IMG/VR virus record: IMGVR_UViG_3300042191_000299
Location: 1-64,000 of that record
Origin: a virus
DNA: 64,000 nt
Strand: one strand, 5' to 3'
In this document: positions 26,721 to 35,330 of the stretch, in pieces
Numbering within the stretch: the first letter of the stretch is position 1
Layout of the letters: the number at the start of each line of letters is the position of its first letter
The notes under the pieces: generated by a model
Seen by the model: the letters and a program-made list of their open reading frames with translations, nothing else
Databases searched by the model: none
What the model was told of the DNA's origin: nothing
Program-made: the position numbers and the translations under genes

Positions 26721-26867
26721 TCAATCCTTCCGTTCTTTCCACCAGCGCGCGATCTTCATTCCCAGCACACCACTGCACGCGCCAACGCCAGCGCACACCA
26801 GCCACTCTGCGAGCGTGTGGGGCGGCTCCAGCAGCCGAGCACCGAAGCGAACAATCGCGTCGCCCAT
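26721..26867 (-). CDS. possible 48-aa membrane peptide (below the ORF-track cutoff)
   Basis: Hand translation gives MGDAIVRFGARLLEPPHTLAEWLVCAGVGACSGVLGMKIARWWKERKD. TGATG overlap with the upstream stop. Confidence 0.35.
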   Translation of the reverse strand: MGDAIVRFGARLLEPPHTLAEWLVCAGVGACSGVLGMKIARWWKERKD

Positions 26868-27091
26868 CAGCGCGCCTTTCTGATCACAGCGAGCACGCGC
26901 GCCTCAAGCTGCTCCAGCGCCAACTCGGTCACGCTGCCCATGGTCGGGCGATCTGTTCTCTCGGCTCCCGTCACGCGCCAGCCGTGCAGCGAGACCAGCG
27001 ACACCAGGCGCTGCAGACGGTCAAGTGCCTCCTGGTTGCGGACGCGAACGGAATTGAGTTGTGCACGTGCCATCAGCTCTCGTTGCTCCAC
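26867..27091 (-). CDS. hypothetical small protein
   Basis: GTG 27091 immediately follows the solitary repeat unit. An alternative ATG lies at 27073. Confidence 0.45.
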   Translation of the reverse strand: MEQRELMARAQLNSVRVRNQEALDRLQRLVSLVSLHGWRVTGAERTDRPTMGSVTELALEQLEARVLAVIRKAR

Positions 27092-27128
27092 ATCGCACCA
27101 ACGAAGCCGGTGCGCAGGCGCGATTCAC
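27092..27128 (-). repeat. solitary CRISPR repeat unit (sense to local transcription)
   Basis: Minus strand reads GTGAATCGCGCCTGCGCACCGGCTTCGTTGGTGCGAT. 27 consecutive nt are identical to the array-2 repeat. It fills the gap between the HerA-like stop (inside the unit) and the next start. Confidence 0.8.
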
Positions 27129-28882
27129 TGTTCAAGAAACACCTCGGATAGGTTGAGCGTCTCGCCGTCATCGCCGATCAGCTCCAGGTCACGCAACGAT
27201 TTGATCGTGCGTCCAAACGACGAGCTGGTCTGGCTATAGCCCGTCATTGCCGACAATTTCTCGCGTGACAGTGCATTCGCACCATGGATAGCGTTGTCGT
27301 AGATCGCCGATAGCATCCCAGCTTCCTGCGGCTGCAGTGTGCACATCCAATGGTCCAGCAGCGCACGCCCCGTGGGCAACGGCGCGGTCGTGCCGGCCAG
27401 CTCTCGGCCAGCGGTGGTGATCGTGTAGCGCGCCGGCGTCCCTTCGATGAGCCCGTCTTGCGCGAGCCGCGCGATGTTGCGGGGGAAGGCGCTCGACGAG
27501 CGGCGATAGCCGGACAACGTCGAGATTTGTGAAGCGCTGGCGGACCCCCGCTGCGCCACCACCGCCAGCAGCTCCCGCGCATATTGGGGGAGGGTGCCTT
27601 CGACTTCGGGCCGTCGCGCAGGCGCCGAATTCGCCTTTGCCAACATGCCGTTCATGTTGGGGGTGTTGCGTATCTTGCCAGGATCAAAGACGCCGTTGTG
27701 CTGGTTCAGCGGTACGGGCTGCGGCGCCGTTCGTCGGACCGCGGTCAGCAGCTCGTTCAGCTGCACGGACAGCTTCTGCTGCGTCGGCGCCAGGCGATCC
27801 GCCCAGCTCTCGATCACTTTGACCATCGCGGCGCTGAACGCGTTTTCGCTCTTGGCCAGCGACTCCACGATCTTCTCAATGCGCGCCAGCTCGGCCGGCT
27901 TCACCGCCGCCACTTCCTTCGCCGGCGCCGCAACGGCCGCGGGCTTCTTCGTCAACTCGCGCTCCAGCTCGGCGACGCGCGCACGTAGTGTTTTGGGGTC
28001 GCTGGCCTTGGCCTCCTCGATGGTGGCTGCCATCGCCGTGCGCACCTCGTCGAGATCAATTGGCGCCAGCTTGTGGCTTTGCGTGTCGGATCCATCGGGC
28101 GTCGCCGACGCGTCGAACGTTCGCTTCTTGCGGAACACCGTCCGCACGGCGCCCGACTCTTCCCATGCGATCATCGTTCCCTTGGGCAAATCGGGCAACA
28201 GCTTAATCATGTCGTCCGATGCACCGTTGGCATTCGCCCATCCGTCGATGCGCTTGATGTCCTCTGGCGCCTTGAGCTTGCCTGTGAAGATTTTGTCCGA
28301 AAGGTTGAGCGCCCCCTTGTTCACCTCCGCCGCACGCTGTGAAACGATGGTCCCACCGATGCCGTAGTTGCGGCCGATCTTCCACAGGCGCTTCGTCGCC
28401 CCTGCCATCGGCGCCTGGGCCGCGTCGACGAACTGCGGAAAGAATTCGTGGCCTTCCTCGAAGACCATGTGCAATGGCGATTTGTTGCGCTTCTTGAGAT
28501 TGAAAACCTCGCGGCACAGATCGGTGGCGAAACGGCGCTGCTCACCCTCGGTGAAGTCGCTGATATCGAGCACGCACGACATTCGATGGTTCACGATGAG
28601 CGACGCGACCAGCGCACCGCCTGTTGGCTCAAGCGGCACGTCGCCATGCAGGCCTCCAAACACAGGAACGTCGTAGCCCTTCGACTTGCCGTTGGTCGAC
28701 AGGCGCAGTCCGTACCAGGACCCGACGGGATCCACGACCACCACCTGCACGCCTGCATCGAGAAACTCTTCGACCAGCACGCCGGCGGCGTAGCTTTTCC
28801 CTGTGCCGCGCGTGCCCAGGAAGGCGTACGTGGACGTCGCGGCGTTCTTCGGCAGCGTGACGTCGTGCGACAAGCGGTACAT
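27125..28882 (-). CDS. HerA/FtsK-like (DUF87-type) P-loop ATPase with two C-terminal winged-helix repeats
   Basis: Walker A FLGTRGTGKSY, Walker B-like HMVFEEGHEF. C-terminal repeats ...ISTLSGYRRSSSAFPRNIARL and LSAMTGYSQTSSSFGRTIKSL. Confidence 0.7.
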   Translation of the reverse strand: MYRLSHDVTLPKNAATSTYAFLGTRGTGKSYAAGVLVEEFLDAGVQVVVVDPVGSWYGLRLSTNGKSKGYDVPVFGGLHGDVPLEPTGGALVASLIVNHRMSCVLDISDFTEGEQRRFATDLCREVFNLKKRNKSPLHMVFEEGHEFFPQFVDAAQAPMAGATKRLWKIGRNYGIGGTIVSQRAAEVNKGALNLSDKIFTGKLKAPEDIKRIDGWANANGASDDMIKLLPDLPKGTMIAWEESGAVRTVFRKKRTFDASATPDGSDTQSHKLAPIDLDEVRTAMAATIEEAKASDPKTLRARVAELERELTKKPAAVAAPAKEVAAVKPAELARIEKIVESLAKSENAFSAAMVKVIESWADRLAPTQQKLSVQLNELLTAVRRTAPQPVPLNQHNGVFDPGKIRNTPNMNGMLAKANSAPARRPEVEGTLPQYARELLAVVAQRGSASASQISTLSGYRRSSSAFPRNIARLAQDGLIEGTPARYTITTAGRELAGTTAPLPTGRALLDHWMCTLQPQEAGMLSAIYDNAIHGANALSREKLSAMTGYSQTSSSFGRTIKSLRDLELIGDDGETLNLSEVFLEQ

Positions 28883-28920
28883 CGAGGTGACACACGCGTA
28901 TCACGGCACGTGTCTGCCTG

Positions 28921-30141
28921 TCAACTGGTGGGCTTCATGCCAGGAAACTGGCGATGGAATTCCGCGTGCGTTTGTTCGAGCCACGTGCCAGTCATCTGCG
29001 CGGCCACCTCGGGGGGAACCGGCGGGCCCCCCTCGTCGGGCTTTCGCCACGACCAATCGTCTGGTGGCGGGGGCGCGGCGATCGGAATCGGCACGGCGCC
29101 CGAGTCCTCCACAGGCGGCACCAACGTCAGCGCCAGCCCGGACAACTCGCGATCACGCTGCGCACGCGCCTCCTCCGGGGATGGCCAGTGCGCCGGCGGC
29201 GCGGCGATCGGTGGTGAGGCTTGCACCACGTTGCTCGGCGCCACCCCTTCCGGTACATCCACCACGCCGTAGTGGGCCAGCACGGCGGCGAAGCCTGCCG
29301 GATCTGCCGCACGTGAGATCACCACGTGGTCCACGCGCCGCTCGGCCAGGCGCTGCCGAAACGCGTTCACGTCCGCGGTGACCGAGCCCTGCAGTGGCAC
29401 GAGGGCGTCGGAAAGTGGGCTTGGTACCGTCAGCGCCACCACCGACATGGCCTTGCTGGTGGTGCGCGCCGGTACGTTGTGGTCGGGGGGCAACGCCCCG
29501 AAGAGTAGCGCCTCAGGGGGCATGCGCCCAATGTCGCGGTGGCCCCACGCGTCCTCGAACGCGGCCGCCAGCACCTCAAGCTGCTCGGTGGTCAGCTCCA
29601 GGCACGTGCACTCGATGCACGGATCTTGGTGTGACGGAACGTCCTTCGCGGGAACGTGCAGCGTCCAGCGATCGGTGGGCACCCAGTCGAACCGCGCGGG
29701 GATGGGCGTTGCCGTCTTGGTCGCTGCATCCAGGCGCACGCTCGCGTACGCCAGCAGGCGCGGCACGAACTTGTTGGGCGATGGCGGCACGATGGCGTGG
29801 CAGCGGAGCCGGCCGACCTGCTTTGCGTCCAGCAGTAGCACCCGCCGCACAGGCCGGACACGGGCCTCGTAGGATTCGGAGATCCAGCGCCAGTAGGCCC
29901 GCACGGAGGTCAGCTCGGCGACGTTGGCGATGGTGGTGGGCTGGGCGGCGCGCCCTTTGCTGATCGAGCGGGCTGCGGTGCGGGCGTAGAGCGCAGCAGT
30001 CGCCGGGGACACGCCACGGGCCATCAACGACGCGATGAACCCCTTGGCGTTCAGGTACTGCGTGGTGCTGGTGGCGACCGTGACCACGGCATCGCCGATT
30101 CGGTACTGCACGGCTGCGTCTGATTTTGGCCTGCGTCCCAT
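28921..30141 (-). CDS. hypothetical protein, Pro-rich C-terminus
   Basis: 406-aa ATG ORF. The N-terminus faintly resembles an integrase SAM-like domain, but no catalytic R..HxxR..Y was seen. Confidence 0.55.
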   Translation of the reverse strand: MGRRPKSDAAVQYRIGDAVVTVATSTTQYLNAKGFIASLMARGVSPATAALYARTAARSISKGRAAQPTTIANVAELTSVRAYWRWISESYEARVRPVRRVLLLDAKQVGRLRCHAIVPPSPNKFVPRLLAYASVRLDAATKTATPIPARFDWVPTDRWTLHVPAKDVPSHQDPCIECTCLELTTEQLEVLAAAFEDAWGHRDIGRMPPEALLFGALPPDHNVPARTTSKAMSVVALTVPSPLSDALVPLQGSVTADVNAFRQRLAERRVDHVVISRAADPAGFAAVLAHYGVVDVPEGVAPSNVVQASPPIAAPPAHWPSPEEARAQRDRELSGLALTLVPPVEDSGAVPIPIAAPPPPDDWSWRKPDEGGPPVPPEVAAQMTGTWLEQTHAEFHRQFPGMKPTS

Positions 30142-30152
30142 GAGGGAAACGC

Positions 30153-30200
30153 TATGTCAGTTATGTGTATAGATCAATATATAATATATAAGCTGATCCC
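30153..30200. other. sharply AT-rich tract (DNA-unwinding-element-like)
   Basis: tatgtcagttatgtgtatagatcaatatataatatataagctgatc sits in an otherwise GC-rich genome. Confidence 0.6.
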
Positions 30201-30203
30201 ATA

Positions 30204-30302
30204 CCGTGCGCGCGCGCGATTCAACTATCACATTTTTTAGGTCGGTTTTTACCCTAAACATTGACCTAAAAAATGTGATAGTTGAATCGCGCGCGCGCAC
30301 GG
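30204..30302. repeat. perfect 40-bp inverted repeat with a 19-nt non-palindromic spacer
   Basis: 30204-30243 (ccgtgcgcgcgcgcgattcaactatcacattttttaggtc) is the exact reverse complement of 30263-30302. Confidence 0.95.
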
Positions 30303-30372
30303 GAGAGTCAGCCCGCAAAATTCAAGTGCGCACCGTAGCCGACGGGTTGAGGTAGTCCCCCACCAGCGCCCC

Positions 30373-30401
30373 TTGACACGCGCCGCGCGTTGCCGCATCA
30401 T
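30373..30401 (+). promoter_or_regulatory. candidate sigma70-like promoter giving a near-leaderless HTH mRNA
   Basis: TTGACA-N17-CATCAT, ending 6 nt before ATG 30408. Confidence 0.4.
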
Positions 30402-30407
30402 TTCGCC

Positions 30408-30656
30408 ATGTCGCCCGCCGAAAACGCGCCCAATCCAATCGGGGCGGAGATCCGCCGGCTGCGTGACTCGCTCGGGATGACCCTGCAGGATTTCGGGCGC
30501 CACGTGGAGATCCCGTGGCAGACGATCCAGGCGTATGAAGGCGGTCGCGCGGTGCCGCCGGCGACGCGGCTGCTGCTGATCATGCACGCCACCCGGCGCG
30601 CGAAGGAACCGTTCCGCGTGGCGCCGGTAGCTCGCGCTGTGGCGTTGGCGGCTTAG
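30408..30656 (+). CDS. XRE/Cro-CI family helix-turn-helix regulator
   Basis: IGAEIRRLRDSLGMTLQDFGRHVEIPWQTIQAYEGG. The listed TTG at 30390 is an alternative start. Confidence 0.8.
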   Translation: MSPAENAPNPIGAEIRRLRDSLGMTLQDFGRHVEIPWQTIQAYEGGRAVPPATRLLLIMHATRRAKEPFRVAPVARAVALAA

Positions 30657-30685
30657 AGCCTGCGCACCGGCTTTGTTGGTGCGAC
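30650..30685 (+). repeat. solitary CRISPR repeat unit (sense to local transcription)
   Basis: AGAGCCTGCGCACCGGCTTTGTTGGTGCGAC matches the array-2 repeat at 30/31 positions. The HTH stop codon TAG lies at unit positions 5-7. Confidence 0.8.
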
Positions 30686-31046
30686 GACATCCAGATCTCG
30701 TGATTGACCGCCACCCACGCAATCGTGTACGGTGCGCGCCCCTGCCGTAGGTCGCGGGTGGCGGCGGCGGGGCTCGACAGAACACCGTAGGGCCGGCAGG
30801 GTTTTACTTCGACCGGCAGCACGTGCTAGTGATCTAGCAAATGGGCCAAGCATCGAGACGGAAGCGCATGCTACCGGCGGCATACCGGCCACTCGGGCGG
30901 GTGGCGCCGCAATCCACAAATAGTCCACAGGCGTTGCAGAGTGTACCGGCGTGCCCTCGCTGCCCATTCGCCGAGGCTCACGTGCACTACCTGACGCTGC
31001 AGCGGCCCGACGGTAGCGCTTTTTATCCACAGCCATCGTAAACGAC

Positions 31047-31313
31047 ATGGCCTCGCACACGCGTCTTCATTGTGTTCTGTGTGGAGTGGACCGTGCGCCG
31101 CGGTTCTTCGGCATTTCGGCTGAGGGCGCGTACGACCCCGCGCACGTCAATGAGCTGGGCTCGCGCACCTACCACTTCGGCGGCGCGTCGAACATCAAAG
31201 TCGACAAGGGCCCCGCGCCGATGAACATGGCCTACGGGATGCGAGCGGCGCTCAAGGCAGCACTGGCGCGCGTGGAGGCGGACATCGTGGAGGCCGGAGG
31301 CGAGCTGGATTGA
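31047..31313 (+). CDS. hypothetical small protein
   Basis: 88 aa. Contains CVLCG. ATG start. Confidence 0.5.
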   Translation: MASHTRLHCVLCGVDRAPRFFGISAEGAYDPAHVNELGSRTYHFGGASNIKVDKGPAPMNMAYGMRAALKAALARVEADIVEAGGELD

Positions 31314-31606
31314 AGCGGCGCGCCGGCGGCATGCGGTTTTCCGCGCGGCTCCAGGAGGGCGAACGGATCTGGGTGCTGACCCCTGCCGACGCTCACGGCG
31401 TCGTCGTGTCGGCGCGGACGATGCGACGTGGCGACCGCCACATTCGCTGGAAAGAAGTTCCGCCACGCGCGCAGATCGTTAAAACGGGCAGATATAGTCC
31501 ACGCGTGGGCACTGTAAACCGGCGCGATGAAGGGGAAACATGGGTTCGTACCAATGGTCCAACAGCGGTGGCCGCGTTCCGCGCCATGCACGCGTTGCTG
31601 CGGTGA
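31310..31606 (+). CDS. hypothetical protein, paralogue of the next ORF
   Basis: 98 aa. Shares the pattern W..V......DEG.(T)W(V)R....(AVAA)(F/L)RA with 31606-31836. Confidence 0.5.
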   Translation: MKRRAGGMRFSARLQEGERIWVLTPADAHGVVVSARTMRRGDRHIRWKEVPPRAQIVKTGRYSPRVGTVNRRDEGETWVRTNGPTAVAAFRAMHALLR

Positions 31607-31836
31607 TGCTGTCCGTGGGCACACCGATCACGGTGGTGGTCGGGCGGGGCGTGCTGATTCAGGCGTTCGTGGACAAGGTCGATTCCGTGCAGTTTCGCTG
31701 GAATGAGGTTGGCGCGTTGAGCAGAAGCGCGCTGCTTACCGCCGACGACGAGGGCACACTGTGGGTGCGCGGCTGGTGGAACTACGACTCCGACGCGGTG
31801 GCCGCACTGCGTGCCGCTGCGGCGCTCATGGCCTAG
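31606..31836 (+). CDS. hypothetical protein, paralogue of the previous ORF
   Basis: ATG in a TGATG overlap. 76 aa. Confidence 0.5.
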   Translation: MLSVGTPITVVVGRGVLIQAFVDKVDSVQFRWNEVGALSRSALLTADDEGTLWVRGWWNYDSDAVAALRAAAALMA

Positions 31837-32249
31837 TCTGTGTCTTTGAACAGCCCCGGGTGGTACCCGTGCTGGGATGGTGGCGTCGTGGGAGGTGGCG
31901 GTGCGGGGGGCTCCTCGACGATCGCCGAGCGCTCCAATCCCCACAGCAAAACCCCTTCAAATACGGGTGTTAGGAAAGTTGCCAACAAACTAGCAACACA
32001 CAGCTCTGTGACGACCACCCACCAGGGCGATGCTGCCTCCGCAGACCAGATGCTCACCGGGCGCAGGCCCACGGCGGCGAGCCCGAGGCCAATCCACGTG
32101 CCTGAGCACCCGGCGCAGGCCAGCAACGACGCCAGCCAGCCGTGGGCCCGGCTCCACAGCGGCCGCCCGATGCCTGAGCGCGCCACCACCCAGTGAATCG
32201 CCGCGCTGAGCATGCCCAGCACCACCAGTTGCTGCACGTCGAGGATCAC
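31833..32249 (-). CDS. multi-pass membrane protein
   Basis: Several hydrophobic segments. The start is uncertain: GTG 32249 or ATG 32213. Confidence 0.5.
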   Translation of the reverse strand: MILDVQQLVVLGMLSAAIHWVVARSGIGRPLWSRAHGWLASLLACAGCSGTWIGLGLAAVGLRPVSIWSAEAASPWWVVVTELCVASLLATFLTPVFEGVLLWGLERSAIVEEPPAPPPPTTPPSQHGYHPGLFKDTD

Positions 32250-32394
32250 GCGCTGCCCTTTTTGCACAGGTTGCGCACGATGTGCTGCCCTATTCGCGCA
32301 AAAACCTCGACGGCGCCGAACGCGAAGAGGAAAAACAGCAGCCGCTGCCACCACGTGAAGTCACGAAACGGCGCGGCGACGCGCTCCAACCAGC

Positions 32395-32862
32395 TCATCC
32401 GCTGCGCATCCGCTGTCGGAAGTCGGCCTGCGTCCTGGTGGCCTTCCAGTTCTCACACGTGGCCTGCATGTCGGTGGGGATGTTGTCGCGCTTGCAATAC
32501 CCGTAGCTGGATGGGTCGATCACCAGCGACTTGCGCCCAGGAAAATCCTTTGCGATCGGCGTCTTGAAGGTGCCGTCCGGTTGCACTTCCAGCCCCCTGG
32601 CGATGAAATAATCCGCCATGCGCTTGCGCCCCACGTTGTCCCACCGCCGGCACATCATGCACGGTCGCGTCTCGACGCCTGTGGCCAGCTCGATGCGCCC
32701 TTGCGCCAGCTGGTCGCCGTCGCCGCCGACGATGCGGATCTCCTGCCAGCACGTGGTGTTGGCCACTGCACAGGCCGGACACGGTTTCGGCGCGTGGGAT
32801 GCGTGGCCACAGGCTTCGCAGTTCACCGCGCCGATGGTGCCGCGCCAGATAATTGGCGTCAA
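32395..32862 (-). CDS. Cys-rich hypothetical protein
   Basis: 155 aa. Multiple CxxC pairs (CEACG, CPAC, CMMC). Confidence 0.55.
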   Translation of the reverse strand: MTPIIWRGTIGAVNCEACGHASHAPKPCPACAVANTTCWQEIRIVGGDGDQLAQGRIELATGVETRPCMMCRRWDNVGRKRMADYFIARGLEVQPDGTFKTPIAKDFPGRKSLVIDPSSYGYCKRDNIPTDMQATCENWKATRTQADFRQRMRSG

Positions 32863-32915
32863 GGGGATTGTTGGGACTTGACGCGGACATGGGCGTGGGA
32901 TGATGCTCGGGGACC

Positions 32916-34985
32916 ATGGCAGCCACCAAGCACGCGCAGCACGAGGTGATCAAGAGCCATCCCGATATGGCAAAGCTCGGTGCCTTCACGGGCCACACCG
33001 TGACGGTAACGAAACACCGGGTGCCCCGCGGCGGGGTGGGGTCGCCGGTGGTGCCCACGCAGCAGATGGCGCTCCAGCAAATCATCGCGCTGCAGTCGTC
33101 GTTGCCGCTCGAACACGGGCCGGGGTTCTACCGATTCGAGATCGTAGATACCGGCGGCAACGGCGTCGACGTGTTCATGCAGCAGCTTGGGCCAGATAAC
33201 CAGCAGGAGGGCGCACCGATGTCGTTTCCCACTCCCACCGCCGGCAGCGTGGTGCCATCAGGTGCCGACGTGATCAATCTCGGAGCCGGGTACTTCTACA
33301 ACGAGTCGTTGAAGACCCTCACCACGCCGTGGCGTGAGATCGTCAACTGGGAGCCGGGGATGCAATTCCCCAAGCCGCCGTCGATGATGGGCGCCCAACA
33401 GCAATCGCCCTTGCAGATCGTGCCGCCGGGCGCCACGCCGTGGAATTGGCCGCAACAGCAGCAGGGCTGGGGCGGGTTCCCTGTCAACGACACGGCGTCC
33501 GAACAGGTCAAGGTGCTGCAGGCCAAGATCGCGGAGGACGATCGCCGGCGCGAGATGGACCGCTTGCGTGACGAGATGAACCGCAAGCAAGACGAAACGC
33601 TGAAGCTCGTCACCGGCGCCATCGAGAAGATGACGCTGGCGCTGGCGGCGAAGCCTGCGGGGCCGTCCGAAGAGACGATGCAGTTGAAGCGCGAGCTGGA
33701 TGACCAGCGCCGGCGCAATGAGGATCGCGAGCGCGAGGATCGCATGCGTGCGGAGATTCAGCGCCACCAGGACAAGACCGCGGAGACGCTGCGTGTGCTG
33801 TCCGAAAACAAGCAGGACCCGATGCTGCCGATGTTGATGCAGCTGATCTCGTCGCAGCAGACGTCGGCCATGGAAGCCGTCAAGGCGATCCAGTCGTCGA
33901 CGACCGTGGCGGCAGCCGCGTCGGAGCGCTCCACACAGCAGATGGTGGAGCGCATGTCGGCGTCAATCCTCACGCCGTTGCAGCTCACGCAGATCATGCA
34001 GCAGGCAAAGGGCGACGCGGGGCAAGCGGCAGCACACGTGATCGAAGCAGCCAAAGACGCCATGACCATGCAGCGGGACGTGTTCACGCAGTTGCTCGAT
34101 CTGTCGAACCAGGGCGGTCAGCCTGCGTGGGTGAGCGTGGCGACGGCGGCCATGGATAAAATCGGCACTGTCGGCGCGGCGCTCGCAGAGCGCAACCGCC
34201 TGCAGACCCAAGCGCAACAGCCCCAGATGGTTCGCCGCGCGATGCCCCCGCAGCAGATGCGCCAGCCGCCCGCGGCCGCGCCGATGCAAGCGATGCCTCA
34301 AGTTGCCGCTGCTGCCGGCGCCCAGCAGCAGCGCCTGTCCGCACACGAGCAGCGTGTGCACCGCGAGCTGTCGCCTTCGGAGCAAATGCGCGCGAACGCG
34401 GCCGCCAGCGTGAGCCATTTCGTCACAGCGCCGGCGGCGCCGGCTACCGCGCCGCTGGGCGCGGCTCCTGTTTTGGCGACCGCTGCAGCTCCTCCCACCG
34501 CCCCTCCGGCTGCAGCGGTCGCCTCTGTCCACCCTATTGCGCCAGCAAAGCGCAGCCGGGCCAAGAAACGCGCACCCGCGCCACCCCCACCGATCCCTGC
34601 TGCTGGGTATACGATTGCCCAACTGCGCGAGATGGATGTCGACGAGGTGCGCGCCGTCGTCAACCAGCTCGACGACCTGGCGCTGTTCGGCGACGCGCTG
34701 CTGGCGTACGTGGGGCAGCTGCGGCAGAGCAGCGATCCGCCAGAGAAGATCGCCGAGCAGGTGCTGGCAAGCCGGGCGTACCTGTCGAGCTTCGGCGACG
34801 TGCCACCGCCGGCAATGGAGCTGCTGTTGAGCGAGCAGATCGAAGTGCTGGTGGAGCGGCTGCTGCCCGAGCAAACCGAAGAGGTCCGCGCCGAGGTGGC
34901 GGGCGAGATCGAGGCGGCGCTCGAAGCGGAGGCGGGTGAAGGGGAAGAGGGTGAAGAGGGCGAAGAGGGCGAGAGCGCCGAGTAA
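32916..34985 (+). CDS. large coiled-coil / low-complexity protein with acidic EEGEEGEEGE tail (scaffold-like, tentative)
   Basis: 689-aa ATG ORF. Central charged heptad-like region and an Ala/Pro-rich segment. Confidence 0.6.
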   Translation: MAATKHAQHEVIKSHPDMAKLGAFTGHTVTVTKHRVPRGGVGSPVVPTQQMALQQIIALQSSLPLEHGPGFYRFEIVDTGGNGVDVFMQQLGPDNQQEGAPMSFPTPTAGSVVPSGADVINLGAGYFYNESLKTLTTPWREIVNWEPGMQFPKPPSMMGAQQQSPLQIVPPGATPWNWPQQQQGWGGFPVNDTASEQVKVLQAKIAEDDRRREMDRLRDEMNRKQDETLKLVTGAIEKMTLALAAKPAGPSEETMQLKRELDDQRRRNEDREREDRMRAEIQRHQDKTAETLRVLSENKQDPMLPMLMQLISSQQTSAMEAVKAIQSSTTVAAAASERSTQQMVERMSASILTPLQLTQIMQQAKGDAGQAAAHVIEAAKDAMTMQRDVFTQLLDLSNQGGQPAWVSVATAAMDKIGTVGAALAERNRLQTQAQQPQMVRRAMPPQQMRQPPAAAPMQAMPQVAAAAGAQQQRLSAHEQRVHRELSPSEQMRANAAASVSHFVTAPAAPATAPLGAAPVLATAAAPPTAPPAAAVASVHPIAPAKRSRAKKRAPAPPPPIPAAGYTIAQLREMDVDEVRAVVNQLDDLALFGDALLAYVGQLRQSSDPPEKIAEQVLASRAYLSSFGDVPPPAMELLLSEQIEVLVERLLPEQTEEVRAEVAGEIEAALEAEAGEGEEGEEGEEGESAE

Positions 34986-35033
34986 GCGAAACTGGTGTTG
35001 CACGCTGCTACACCAGTAAGCTATTCTTGGCAG

Positions 35034-35330
35034 ATGGCACTCAGCCGAAAAGACGTAACCTTCCCTGCGTGGGTAGAGCGTATTCGCGACGCCTGCCTTT
35101 CTGAAGCAGTCAAGGAGGTCCTGCAGGCGCGCGGTACAGCAATCCGGAGCGGCGCGCTGCAGGACAAGAATTGCCTTTCGGCTTTCCGCAGCGCCGACAT
35201 GACCATCGAGCAAATCGAGTACGGCCGTGTGCAGGGCAAACCGGCGTGCGCAAAGGCAGCCACGGCGTTGCGCAAGTTCACGACTGCTGCCGAGTGCGCT
35301 GCGCCCAGCGCGACGCGGAGACGACGATGA
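35034..35330 (+). CDS. hypothetical protein
   Basis: Starts at MALSRKDVTF. 98 aa. Confidence 0.45.
   Translation: MALSRKDVTFPAWVERIRDACLSEAVKEVLQARGTAIRSGALQDKNCLSAFRSADMTIEQIEYGRVQGKPACAKAATALRKFTTAAECAAPSATRRRR

Noticed and set aside
28921-30141. An integrase.
   Set aside because: Only a vague N-terminal SAM-like resemblance was seen. No R..HxxR..Y or serine-recombinase motifs are present.
30204-30302. The 40-bp inverted repeat as a protelomerase target or hairpin-telomere junction.
   Set aside because: The 19-nt centre is not palindromic. The neighbouring 406-aa protein shows no tyrosine-recombinase or protelomerase catalytic motifs.
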